The notes beneath the pieces are model-generated. The model did no database searches and was not told the DNA's origin. It worked only from the letters and a program-made list of their open reading frames with translations. Source: Zancudomyces culisetae HAW-14-8 (Eukaryota > Fungi > Kickxellomycota). Taken from it: a stretch of DNA of 64,000 nucleotides. Each line of letters begins with the position of its first letter. Within the stretch, counting starts at the first letter, position 1. A program made the translations under genes and the position numbers. Shown here piece by piece: positions 36,564 to 49,224 of the stretch. Where the stretch lies: contig JBNJNM010000012.1 in assembly GCA_052426225.1 (NCBI GenBank), positions 2,294,001 through 2,358,000 on the forward strand. Reading direction: 5' to 3'.

Positions 36564-38084
36564 TTTTTCTTTACTTTTTTGAGGATTCTGTAAGTATCTT
36601 TATGTTTTAGTATTTTACTGTTGATATATTATCGACAATATTTAGAGTATTGTAGTAAGAAAAATAGAAAAAAGATATGGAGGAAAAGACTAGTAAATTG
36701 ATAATACAAATCAGAATTCAAAAAATTCCTCTGCTATCATTGGCTAGATCTGCAATAAAATAAAAATTCCACATTTTCAGATGAATGTATAAAGGGCTGT
36801 GTATATCAACTTTTATTAGGCTTCAATAACATACAGAGGAAAGAAACAATATGAATAGCGGGGTTAAACAACTGAAAAACAAAGGTGTCATGGATTGCAA
36901 AAAATTTGTCCTTTATTACATATGTGAATGGGGCTTTGATAATTTCCTTTACTCCCAGGTAGATCAAAAAGAGACCGGTAGAGCAAAAAAGAATGAAGTG
37001 TATATGTATGGATGTATGGCTAGCGATAAAGCAGGCAAATACCATACTTTGCTGCTGTGCTTATTTACAACTTTGCAATGGATACTAATACCAGGGGGTA
37101 GTAAGTTATGTGATCAGGGAAAGTGAAACTCATAAAATAAGCCAAGATATAAGCTTACATAATTTGTGATTTCCTAGTCGCAGGAGACAAAAAAAAAGAT
37201 GTGATGGCCAAAGGATTGGTTACAATAAAAAAAAGCCAAGATGAATTAAAGTGAAGAATTCAAGAGGTTGTCTTTTTCTTAATAGGGGGAATTGGCATAA
37301 TTCTAACACTTAAGACTATTTTCTTGAGACTTTGGGGGCAAACCCATCAAATTTTCTGAATGTGTTAACAGGTGTAAGCTGAGTATAAGGTTGTTAAAAG
37401 ATGGAGTTCAGAGAAAAAAAAAGCAGAAGGCAAGGTTTGAATATATAGACTAATGATAAAATTAAAGTTGCTCAGTAGTAAAGCTTTCTGGGTGAACTTG
37501 AAATATCTACAATGCTTAAATAAAATATATGAGAATATGATAATGGGAATATTTTCTATTGTTTTGACTCGACTAAACCAGCAAAGATGAATATAACGGA
37601 TTTGCGTGCCATTTTTTATTTGCTATCAGGAACTCGAAATTTAAATGTATTGTGCAAAAGAAAAAAGGGATAAATATGAAGCAACAAAAGAACAATAAGG
37701 TTAGATATTAACGGACCAACTTTAAGCGCCAATTAGATAGGCTAATTTCGATTGCATTTTTTGCTGAGATTATTTAAAACGAAATGAGCTAATAGGATTA
37801 TTTTTTGAAAAAGAAGAGCTTGGTGAAGGAGGGGGCAATTGAGTGATTTTTGGGCCAATTTAATTGCACTTTATTTAAATAAGCTTAGCCTTATTACATT
37901 TTTGGTAGCTGGAGATTTTAATTCGCTTGTTTGTGAAAAACAGTGAAAAGGAATTGTTTGTCTGAATTCCAAAATCAAAGAGTGCTAAACTAGGGCTTTA
38001 TATTATACTTTTGAAAAAAAAAGCCAACGCAATAAACCAGAATAGTATCAAAAAGTAAAATACAAAAAAAAATAAAATAAAAGG

Positions 38085-41000
38085 ATGAATAGAGGTTCAG
38101 TGGGGTTAAGAGCTGGTGACAGGTATTCAGCAGACAAAGAGCTGTTTACTGCAATCAGAAAGGCAAGCTCGGCAGATGAAACCGCGCCGAAACAGAAACA
38201 TGTTAGGAGTAAGTAAATTGAAACTAGTCACTTATAGAATTTGCATTGCCACTGGCTACTTATCCAAGGAGCAAGTTTGTATTGTTAAAAACAAATTTGC
38301 AAGGAAGAAGGAGGGGAAGAATAAAGGGCGAGAGGAGAAAAAGAAGGCGGGGGGGGGAGGAGAAACTAAGAACGGAAATAAAAACACAGTAAACTAAATA
38401 CCGATAAAATACTGAATAGAGATAATAGTGTACACCTGGGATTTTAAAACTTCACAGCCCGTGTGGGATGGGCTACGGAGCCAAGTCTCATTTTCGAATG
38501 AAATTTCGGTATTTAAGGCGATAATAACAATCCACAAGTTTATAAGAAACGGCGCACCAGTGTGTATAGTTGAGGCACTTCAAAACATAAATTTCTTAGA
38601 GGGATTGGGGAAGTTTGGGCAACAGAAAGGTGGGTGGAAAGGATACGGAGTGCTTATACGAGCATATGTGAATTATGTGCTGGCAAAGTTGGAATATCAT
38701 AAATTGCATCCGGAATTCAATGGATGTTTTGATTATGAAGAGTATGTTAGCTTGAGGGGAACATACGATCCGAACGAGGGATATGAGACGATAGCAGATC
38801 TCATGAGTCTTCAGGATCGCCTTGATGAGTTGCAAAAGATAATATTCCGGAATTTTACACCAGGCTCTAATAATGAGTGCAAAATAGCAGCCTTAGTTCC
38901 GTTAGTAGAAGAAAGCTATGGGATATATAAATTTGCCACAAGAATGTTGATCGCAATGCACCAACGTAAGTTGTACATGATATTTATAGGAAAAAAGGAT
39001 TTGTGTAAAAGTGTAAAGATACAATACAGTTTATGTGAGAGAAGAACAATGTTAAAGGCGGATGATAGAATAATGATATAATGTATGAAAATATGTATTT
39101 GAATAGGTGTTGATGATGCCGAAAGCGCACTCGAGCCATTAAGGGAGCGATTCAATTCGCAGCATGATAGATTGAGGAATTTTTACACGGACTGCTCGAA
39201 ACTATCATACTTGACAAGTTTGATAACGGTGCCAAAGCTACAAAGGGTAAGAAATTTTTGAATTGATAAAAATTGAGATATGGGGTACTTATAGAAAACT
39301 GCGAACTTCTTGATAATAAATAGGCTCCACCGAATCTTATGGAGGGAGAAATAACAATACCAGCCGAAGGGGAGAGCTCAAGAAAATCACCAGTAGCGAG
39401 TAGAGATACATCAGATAAGGACAGAGAGCGGATGTTAAACGAACAAAGAAGGCTTGAGGAGGAGGCAAGACAAAGAAAGAAACAACTAGAGGAGGAGCGG
39501 GCTGAGCAGGAGAGGAAAATGCTTGATGAGCAGGCTAGGGAGCTCAAGAGGTATGAGGATGAGAAGAATATGATGGAGGCAGCAGCGTTGCAGCAGCAGA
39601 GAATGATGGAGGAGCAAGCACAAGAACAACTGCGGATTGAGAGAGAAAGGCTGTTAATGGAGCAAAGGGCATTGGAACAGCAGCAACAGTTTGAAGAGTT
39701 GCAGAGACAGAGAAAGATGGCAGAGCAGTTGCAACTGGAACAGCAGAGACAGGCTATGGGTAGAATGATGGAGACAGAAGCGCAGTTGAAGCTGCTTCGA
39801 GAGACCAACGAACGTAACAACCAAGCGATTGCAGCGTATGCTAGTCGAATTCAGATGCTTGAACAGCAGATGGCTCAGCAGGCGCAGCTTCATCAGCAGA
39901 GCGATGCTAGCAAGGATGAGATTATCAAGGCACTGCAGGCACAGATTGAGGAGTGGCGGCAAAAGTATGAGGCGTTGGCAAGTCTGTACTCACAGTTACG
40001 ACAGGAGCATCTTGGGTTATTGGGAAAATACAAAGACAGCACACTTAGAGCAGCCGAGATGGAAGACGAGCTGCGGTTTAAGGTTGAGCAACTGCAGGAG
40101 TTTATCAAGTCTAAGAATACCGAGGTTGTTGAGATGATTTCACAGCGAGACGAAGCGCGTGACGAGGTAGAAAGAGTGCAGCGCGAGGCAGCGGAAGAAA
40201 GAGAGCGGTACGAAAGACAGTTACAAGAAAGAATAAGACAGCTGCAAGAAAAGACAGAGCAATTCGAACACGAAATCTCCGAACTCGGGGTGAAATTGAC
40301 AACAGAAAAGAACACGCTGGAATCACAACTGGACCAGTACCGTCGAGATTTGGAGCAACGCTCGGTGAGAATAGCCGAGTTGGAGTCAACGATGGATCAC
40401 AGTAATGCCGAGAAGGACGAAGAGATTGCAGTATTGCAGGCAGGTATGGACCAGAGCATTTTGGCACTGGCAAATTACCAGAAACAAATGGCAACATCCA
40501 AGAGTGATGTGGACGCGCAGCTTAGACAGCTGAGCGAACAGCACGCGGAAAAGATGGCAGGAATTCTGGATTCGATTATGCAGACATGTGAGGATCGAGT
40601 GCGTGACAGTGTGTATGAGTTTGGCAACGCGGCAAATACAGGGATTGCGTATGCGACACCAGCTCTTGCTTTGGTACAGACAGAAGATGCCCAGTACAAA
40701 GGAAACAGCCTTTCATCAGCATTTTCGGGGTACTTGGTTGGTTCTAGCAGCGACCAGACTCCAGTGATCCGAGCAGCCATCGATTTAGCCTCATCGATGG
40801 CAGTATTGCTCCCCACAATCAAGGGACTGTTTCGGTTTTGTCCAAGCTTTGACGAGAGTGAGCGTCTAGGTGCATCTGCCAACGCTGCTGCCGAAATCTG
40901 TATGCTATTCTTTACTAACATTCAGTCGACAAGTGCTGTGGCGCCTGCTTCTCGTTCTGGTGTTGTTGTCGACCTGAACCGAAACTTTGCACATAGGCTT

Positions 41001-41807
41001 GGAGGCGTGAGTGCGCTGGTTGAAAAGCTGGTTGAGCGCGAGAACAAACCGCCATCAACTGATCTGGATTTGGCCGACGCCGTTGAAGCCGCCATGCTTA
41101 ACGCTGCGTCAACCATTGAAGCTGCCAAGGCCAAATTGCAGGCCATGATGACTGTGGCTATTCCAAACTTGTCTGACGCAAAGCTCAACATCAACGAAAA
41201 CATTTTGGACTATTCTATGCGTCTGGCCGATGCTATATCTCGCTTGATTCGTGCTGCCACCGCCTCGCAGAACGAAATAGTAGCTGCTGGCCGTGGATCG
41301 GCGTCCAAGACTGCCTTCTACAAACAACACAACCGCTGGACTGAAGGCCTTATCAGTGCCGCCAAGGCTGTTGCGATTGCTACAAACATCTTGGTTGAAA
41401 CTGCCGATGCTGTTATCAATGACACAAAAGCCATTGAGGATTTGATTGTTGCTGCCCGCGAAGTTAGTGCTTCCACTGTTCAGCTGCTTGCCGCCAGTCG
41501 TGTAAAATCACAGCTGCATTCGCCGTGCCAGCTAGAGCTAGAAGCCGCTGCAAAGGCTGTCACCGATACCAGCCACGAGTTGGTTGCTGTTGTTTCCAAG
41601 CTGGCTGAACATGAGCTTGCTGATCAACACGATCCCGAACGCCAGCGCCAGGTTTTTGAGGGCTGGACCGTGTATGAATACAAGTCAAAGGAGATGGAGC
41701 AGCAGGTTGAAATTCTAAAGTTGGAAAAGGATCTTACTAATGCTCGAAGAAAGCTTGCTGATATGCGTCGTTATGGTTACCATAATATTGATGATTCTTC
41801 CATTTAG
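38085..41807 (+). CDS. SLA2: Endocytic adaptor Sla2/End4 (HIP1R ortholog)
   Basis: Exons 38085-38208, 38420-38965, 39107-39246 and 39324-41807. ANTH domain (ETAPKQKHVR, YTWD), coiled coil (WRQKYEALASLYSQLRQEH) and I/LWEQ domain (RWTEGLISAAKAVA, EMEQQVEILKLEKDL). Confidence 0.96.
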
Positions 41808-41873
41808 ATTACTTTATCTTTTACAAGTCAATAATAATACTAATAGTAGTAATAAAAAAAAAGAACATTGATT

Positions 41874-43606
41874 CTACATTATATTCCAAACCCGTAGTTT
41901 ATATCTATTTACATCTTCCCCTTCCTCCTCATTTTGATCTTGACCTTGATCTTGAGCTTCCTGGGTAATATCTTGGTCAGTTACGAAGCCAGTACTATCT
42001 CCAACTGTGATATACGTCTGGTTGTACCTGCGGATAAACCGGAGTGCATCTGCTCGTTTTGTAAACTGGACAATATACATTTTGTACACATACTTGCCGC
42101 CTCCTACTGGTGCGCTAGTGTAGTCGTGCTCGATAATATCGCTAATGTGGCTCCGAACATTTAACCCACTACCACTACTGTATTCTTTGAAGAACACGTG
42201 GAAATTGTCAAAATCTAACGAACTGAGCCTGTTATTCCAATAATAGGTGTTGCCACTATTCTCTCTAGTCCAGTTGGTATTGTTGGTATTGCCAAAGACA
42301 CTATAATTGCGTATTTCTTCTTGCACATTCTGGAATGGAATACCGTAGATCCCGACGCTGAGTCCTGGATTGATTCCCAAAATCTTCGTATACCCAGTTT
42401 TCTCCACCTCTTTCCTACCTCCTTTTCTTTCCCACTCATTCCCTTGTCCCTGGATTGTACCATCACCTGGTGTTTTGGCTTTTGTGCGAGTTTTGCCTGA
42501 TATCATTATTCGTACTCTACCCTTGTCACTTTTCTCCATTCCAGCAGTTGTTATTGGCTTGATATTACTATTCGCACGACTAATTCTACTTCCTGGTGCG
42601 ATTTTACTTGCGATTATATTTTTGAGTGTTAGGTTTGACTATTCATTTTTAATTTTCACCATACATGAGTTAGTAAGCATAAGTTTCATTTACTGATAAA
42701 ATTCACCATTTAAACCACAGTAACGTTGCTATCTGCAACTAAATCGATTGACTGTTGTAATTTTTATTTTTGTCATATACTCAATGTACTTACAAACTTG
42801 AACCCGATCCTACCTCCGCTTTCCCCACTCAAGATTGACAATATCCCTGGATTCCTAGGCCTCATATCTTGGCTGCTACCTCCACCACTACTCGTACCGT
42901 TAGTTGATGTTGTCGATGGCCAAAGACCTTTATTTCCTGGTTGCCTACTGCTATTGCTAATATCGCTGCTTGCGCCGCTAATTTTTGCAGTACTTTTGGA
43001 ATAAAATTTTGCTGCTTCCTTGGCGCTAGTAAATTCAATAAAGCAATTCCCTTTAAATTCCAACTGGCTGGTATAGTCTAGTGATACTATTTAGTATTCC
43101 AAGCATGCAATTAATTGCTTGTCCTTGTAATTCGTATTCAGGAATCAAAACTTAAAAAAAAAGGTAAGAGTGGGGGGAGGGAAAAAGGGAATGAGAGAAA
43201 AAGCAAGAATAAAGCAAAGAAAAAACTTACTATTCGATACGCTCCCTATGTCCTCGGCTACCAGACTTTCGATATCCGACATGGTCGTTGTAGGAGGCAG
43301 GTTGTAAACTTGGACAATTCTGGTTAAATTCAATGGCAGATTGGCTATTCCAGTATTATTCTCATTAATCCAATTCTCATTTCCATATTTTATTACTTCT
43401 TTATCAAATAAAAAAAGAAACGAAACGAAACGAAACGAAACGAAAAAAACGAAAGAATCGAATCAAAAGAGAAACAGTGACTTACAGGGTTTTTTGCTGA
43501 ATTGCCTAATGTCTTGGTTGATAATTCCATATCCATTTCGCCTTAGGATTATGCCCGAATATGGATATTTGGCTGTGCAGCTAAGCCCAGCCCTTAATAA
43601 ATTCAT
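41874..43606 (-). CDS. Putative mitochondrial RNA-binding protein with two RRM-like domains
   Basis: Exons 43606-43486, ~43396-43231, 43086-42794 and 42638-41874. Presequence-like MNLLRAGL...RQFS, RNP2-like VQVYNLP and RNP1 KGNCFIEF. A second degenerate RRM reads VGIYGIP...YIVQFTKRADALRF. Confidence 0.7.
43418..43445. repeat. (AACGA)n microsatellite in intron
   Basis: Tandem aaacg units seen directly. Confidence 0.85.
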
Positions 43607-44227
43607 TTTCTACCGTATTATTGTATATTGGCTTTAGATTGATTATGGGTTGATATATTTATATTTGCATTTCAGGTTTACATTTACAAGCGACACCTTG
43701 ATAAACCACCAAGATCATTATACAAATTCGATAATTTTTTTTTCATTTGCTTTGGTGTGTACCAAGAGCTTGTTGGCTAATACAGATTTTTTTTTCTATT
43801 GCCCATGCTCTATTGGCAGTTTTTAAAGCAACTAGAATTTATAATACGACAATTTTAGCTGCAGAAATATTTGGGTGTATATTTTTTATTTCACTCTTTG
43901 ATTGATAGTATGAAAGCAATTATTATTTTGCTCTTCAGAATAAATATATTATTGCTTCCCCCCCTCCCCGCTTCCCTCACATATCTCTAGATCAAGTAAT
44001 TTAAAAATATTTATTGGCTGTTCACAGTCCTTTTGCGCAAATAATTTATACAATTTAATTTCCACTTTGGTTTTTTTTATTTAAGCAATATAAGGCCAGA
44101 TATTTGGCACAAGGCAAAAAAACCAATTCACTCAAATTTGTTTACAGTTTCAATTAATTATTCATACTTTGGTATTTTCAACCTTGGTGACAAATACTGC
44201 ATCAAACTCATATATACACAACGCACA

Positions 44228-45810
44228 ATGAATCCCAATCCCGGAAATATCAAATACAAAGAAGTCACAGATGTCGGCTCTGTTCCCGTCACCGTCTTCA
44301 CTGGCTTTTTGGGTTCAGGAAAAACTACTGTCATTATGAATTTGCTCAAAAAGGTCGATCCCAAATACAACATTGGTAAGTTATTGTTTCATTTATACTT
44401 TCCTGCCTCTTATTATTCATAAATTCTACCCTTTTATCACAATACATACATTTCTCATTATTCAAATAATATATTTATACATGTTGTGTGTGTGTGTAGT
44501 ATTGTTGAAGAACGAATTTGGTGATGCTGAAACTGATAGTGCTATTGCTAGAGAATCTAATCTCCAAGTAAAAGAAATGATCAATGGTTGTTTGTGCTGT
44601 GTTTTGGTTGGTCAGATGAAAAATGCCCTTATAGAAATCAAAACCAAGTATAACCCAGATAGAATTATTGTTGAAACCAGTGGCTCTGCTTTTCCAGGTA
44701 ATTATCCCTTCCTATTACCCTATTACTCACTTACTCACTTTTTTAATCATTATCTGTCGACTAAACACACGCAATGTTAGCATAGAACGGGCCTTTTGAT
44801 ATTTCCGTGTATCTTTAAAATCATTTAATAATCAAACTATTATTGTATTTTTTTTAGCACCCATTGCATGGCAAATTCGGCAAATGAAGGAAGATGGGTT
44901 CCATTTAGACTCCATTCTGACTGTAATAGACTGTGCAAACTTCATGGGATACGAGGACACATCATATACCGCCCGGCTCCAAGCACAATACACCGATATG
45001 ATTCTGATGAACAAAATAGAATTGGTTAACGAACGGCAAATGGATTTGGTTCTGGACAGAGTAAATGAGCTGAACACGGATACGATAAAACTGTATATAA
45101 ACAGAGAAGACCCCGCATACACAAACACATCAGGTGTCACCGGGATTAACGTTTCCCCAGATGTTGTGTTTGGCATTGATACTGAGCTTTTCAGGTTGGA
45201 GGATAAAGACGGGTTCAGCAATTCAATTCACGCTAACAGTGATTCGACCAATCATACCCACGACCACGCTCACGATGACGGCCATAGTGAAAACGAGGTC
45301 GATATAATACAGATCAAAATAAAGCTCCCCAATCCATCTTTTCTTTCTGAAACCGCTGTTGAGCAGCCACCTACTGGTGAAAATGAGAAAAATGGAACAA
45401 AGTATGTAGACGATATTTCCAAAATGATTGGATATGAATACTCGTACCTTATAAATCTCCTAAGCTCTCTTCCATGTGAAGATGTCTATAGAGTTAAAGG
45501 AGTTATACGAGTTTCCGATGCACAAAAAAATATGCTCGAACTGGCCCCCACCACACTACCGCAAACCGATTTGGATGCAGACTGCTCTTCGGCTTTTCAA
45601 ATATCTCCACTTTATATACTAAACTTTGCATTTGGAAGATTCACTCTTTCTCCGATAACTAATGACGACTTGAAGTCAGAGTTAGGCGACTACCTCTTAA
45701 AAATTGTTGTGTTGGGTACTTCTCTTAGATTTCTGTATAAAAAAATTGTGGATGGGTTTAACGCAACTTCCGAACAAGTAGAAGCCAAATGGTCCAAACG
45801 TCGTTTTTAG
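44228..45810 (+). CDS. COG0523/CobW-family G3E GTPase (zinc metallochaperone-like)
   Basis: Exons 44228-44375, 44500-44697 and 44858-45810. Motifs TGFLGSGKTT, KNEFG, NGCLCC, VETSG, NKIE, His tract HTHDHAHDDGH and YRVKG. Confidence 0.93.
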
Positions 45811-46048
45811 ATTCCTACTTATCTTCTATTTTCTCACTTGTTTGTTGGTGGTCTTTTATTTTTTTTAGTTTTTTTTAGTTTTTTTTACTTGATTTGAATT
45901 TGTATTACAGCTTGAAAAATTTTATACTGCAGCTTGATCATACTTGTGCTTTACCAGAATCTTTATTTTTCATCACATTCTCACTCGAAACACTACGGAA
46001 TGAGTAAATAATAATAAAAAAGGAATAAAATGTTAGTTATGAACAATC

Positions 46049-46645
46049 TTATGAAATAACATCGGGACCATCCCTTTTAACTTCCCGCACTGGAGCGAAT
46101 AGTGAGTAAGCACAGTTAGGCAAAACCGGCTTGGTTCTATCAGTCTGCTTCCCAAAAGATCGCAAGGCAAAGTTGATGTAGTATCCGGTGCGTGTTATAC
46201 AAAGCTCTATTTGGATATAGTTTGATTCATTTACAACTGGGTATCCATTGTTTTCGTGGTTCTCAACTTCAAATATTGGAAACTCGCAGGTATATCTAGG
46301 TATTCCTTGATATTTCTTTTGAGTGGTGAAATCCCACAATATACTGTCAATCACTTGAACAACGCCATCAGTACATACCCTTTTTATTCCAAATATAGGG
46401 GAGAATTCTGGAGTTACTGAGATCTCGTCTTCATATTTGATCTTTGCGTATCCCAATATCCCAGTATCTCGATGAAAGGGAGTAAGTTGTTCTATTGCCT
46501 TCAGCAATAGATTTTGGCTGTTGTAACTACGATAATCATATGAAATCTTTCTACTGCTTGCTAGCTCAAAAATGTCATCAACAACCGCGTTGACTTTCAA
46601 TATTGCCGATGCAAACAAAACCACTGCTGTAAGAATCCCGTTCAT
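46049..46645 (-). CDS. Orphan small secreted protein A (198 aa, 4 Cys)
   Basis: ATG at 46645 with signal-peptide-like MNGILTAVVLFASAILKVNA. Intronless and colinear with the paralog at 48246-48827. Confidence 0.88.
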   Translation of the reverse strand: MNGILTAVVLFASAILKVNAVVDDIFELASSRKISYDYRSYNSQNLLLKAIEQLTPFHRDTGILGYAKIKYEDEISVTPEFSPIFGIKRVCTDGVVQVIDSILWDFTTQKKYQGIPRYTCEFPIFEVENHENNGYPVVNESNYIQIELCITRTGYYINFALRSFGKQTDRTKPVLPNCAYSLFAPVREVKRDGPDVIS

Positions 46646-48245
46646 TATTCTTTTTCCCACTCAATCCCAAATAGTACCCTTTATTCACTTCTGCTGTTGG
46701 TTGTATGTTTATAGTTTTTTTTTGCTTCTAAGAAGTTTCTACCACATAGGATTATATACAATGTATATATATGTATGTTCAAGAGTATATTGGTTGTTAG
46801 TCAGAATATGGTCGGTTGCTTCTGTATTTATTCTTTTGCGCTTTACTTTGAAAAAAAAAATTTTATACCACTTGTTTCTGCTCACCCCCTGATGTATTAA
46901 TGATATTTATTGACCAGCATACTTGTTATTTTTAATATTCACAAGTTTACCCTGCTTAAAGTGCAGTATATAAGTAACATCCTTGTTTTTGTTGCCTGTT
47001 TTACAAAGTATTATGACATCATTATATATGTACATTTAAAATGGTATGATTATTGCATATTGTTCACTGGATACGTGCTTGTAATTCGCACATGTATATT
47101 CCTTTAATATACAGTTTTACTATGTTTATTAGCTGCAACCTTAATATAACTTGCTTTCATATTTCTACCCAACCCTACCCTCTCACTCTCTCCCCTCCAC
47201 TATTTTGTAACTGTTTTTATTAAGAACAGCAGCAAGACATAGTTTTGTTTTTTTAAGTTTCTTGGTTTTAACTCTTGTAGATAAGCGGGCATTTCCGTAA
47301 AGAGCTCATTTGGATAAAATTAAACTTGAGTTAAGCTTTACTCGCCAATGGTACTAGCACACTCTAAAGCTAAGGAAACAGGACCAAAAAGGTTAAAATA
47401 ATGTTATCATTTATTCTCCATTTTACTGGTTCATTTCATCTGTTGGTTTATTGGTTTATTAGTTCATTAGTTTATTAATTTCCTGGTTCATGTCCTTGCA
47501 ATTCAATATCAAGATGTCTTTTTAATTAAGCATCTTGAAAACCGGAAGTATCTACAGAAATATTGCAGAAAATGGCAGGAAAGTAATAAGACAAAGATAT
47601 AGACAAATAAAGTCGTGAATTGGTAGAATCAAAATACTGATTTCAAAGGCAAACCCTATAGTATCTCTAAACTCATATTACATTATACTAAAAGTTATAC
47701 ATATGTTTGTCGATATTCTCTGGATATTATCGCTTATAAAAATAATGTGCGCCTTTTTGTTCAAGTAAACAGATGGTCACATTATTTGCCACATTACTGA
47801 ATTTGTACGCTAATAATATGGGTAATTACGGCTGAATACCAACCAAACCCAGTAAAACTTGATCTATCATCAATAAAGTACGATTTCTTTACAATCAGTG
47901 ACAATGGTAAAAAAAAATACGCGGGTTTCCTGGGTGTTTGAGATGGAATAATGGGTCCCATTTAAAATATGATATTTTACCAGTTTGATGGCTTTCAACC
48001 CAAGACTCGGATGAGTGTTCGTACCAACATTTCTATTCATTATCCAACAAACTATTGATATAATTTAAAAATGTAGTTTTATTTTTTAGCGATATATATC
48101 AGGACCGTTTGTATTTTGCGGATGCACATTTTAATAAAACTTTAGCAGATATCTATTTTAATATCTAAACTCAATATTTAAATATACAACCACATACATA
48201 TATACATATACACATACACATACAAATTTGTGATAACGAAAGTAA

Positions 48246-48827
48246 ATGTTGCCAGAATTAAGATTATGCTGTTTGATACTTCTTTATTTCGTTACTACCA
48301 CCAAGGCTGTCGATGAAATTTACGAACTAGCCAAACGAGTGCTCACAAATGGCAAAAGTTTGCATTTCAATAGTACATACGCTATTACTAGATCACTCTA
48401 TACATTGAGACCCTTTAATCGTGATACTGGTATACTGGGTTACATCAAAATTCGATTTTCAAATGATAGTGAGGTTGATGACACAAATAAGCAAACCATA
48501 GTTATAAAAGAGGTTTGTACTAACGGCCAAAATATATTTATCGAAGGTGAGGCTTGGAAAATCACGCAGGCAAGACCAAACAACTCCAATGAGTGGTACA
48601 AGTGCATGTACCCCATTTATCCTGTTATGAACAAGGTTTACTATCCAAACACACCGGTATCCAATGAGCAGTTTTTTATAAGAACCGTTTTATGCTTTGA
48701 AAGAGGTAGACTAGAATCCAATGACTCCTTTGTTCGAGTTGATATGTACGGAAGAATAGATAAACCATTCCAAAATAATTGTGCATCTGCTTTGTTTGCA
48801 CCGATAAGACTGAGGCAGCCCAATTGA
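48246..48827 (+). CDS. Orphan small secreted protein B (193 aa, 4 Cys in mature chain)
   Basis: Signal-peptide-like MLPELRLCCLILLYFVTTTKA. Shares PFxRDTGILGYxKI, IKxVCTxG and NCAxxLFAPxR with protein A. Confidence 0.88.
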   Translation: MLPELRLCCLILLYFVTTTKAVDEIYELAKRVLTNGKSLHFNSTYAITRSLYTLRPFNRDTGILGYIKIRFSNDSEVDDTNKQTIVIKEVCTNGQNIFIEGEAWKITQARPNNSNEWYKCMYPIYPVMNKVYYPNTPVSNEQFFIRTVLCFERGRLESNDSFVRVDMYGRIDKPFQNNCASALFAPIRLRQPN

Positions 48828-49224
48828 CTTTATTTGCTATTTTAATTGTGGTCGGTAGGTCAATAATAACACTGAGTGTAGTGTGTTGTACTAATATTTG
48901 TACCTCAAATTTTGAACTAGCATACTATTCACTAAAATCTTTGAGATGTTTCTAAACCATATTTATGGTTAGCATACTTGTTTCTTTGTAATGAATCAAA
49001 TATCTTTTCTTGTATGATATAAGGAAAAAACAAACTCAAAAGATAATTCCAAAGCTTAGGAATACCAGAATAAAAATTTTAAAAAATAGTTTGAGGTTAT
49101 TTAAAACAGCTAATGTGTATTGTGAAGTGTAGAAACACTACTCAATTATGTTCTGTCTAGGTTTTACAGAAAATTAAGTGCCAAAAACTCATGTTACTTC
49201 CATGGTACAGGGTGTAACTATTCT

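Noticed and set aside
43695-48827. Zinc-scavenging cluster (COG0523 plus secreted pair; ACCTTG hexamers at 43695 and 44181)
   Set aside because: The secreted proteins are not His-rich or Pra1-like, there is no ZIP transporter nearby, and the hexamers are expected by chance.
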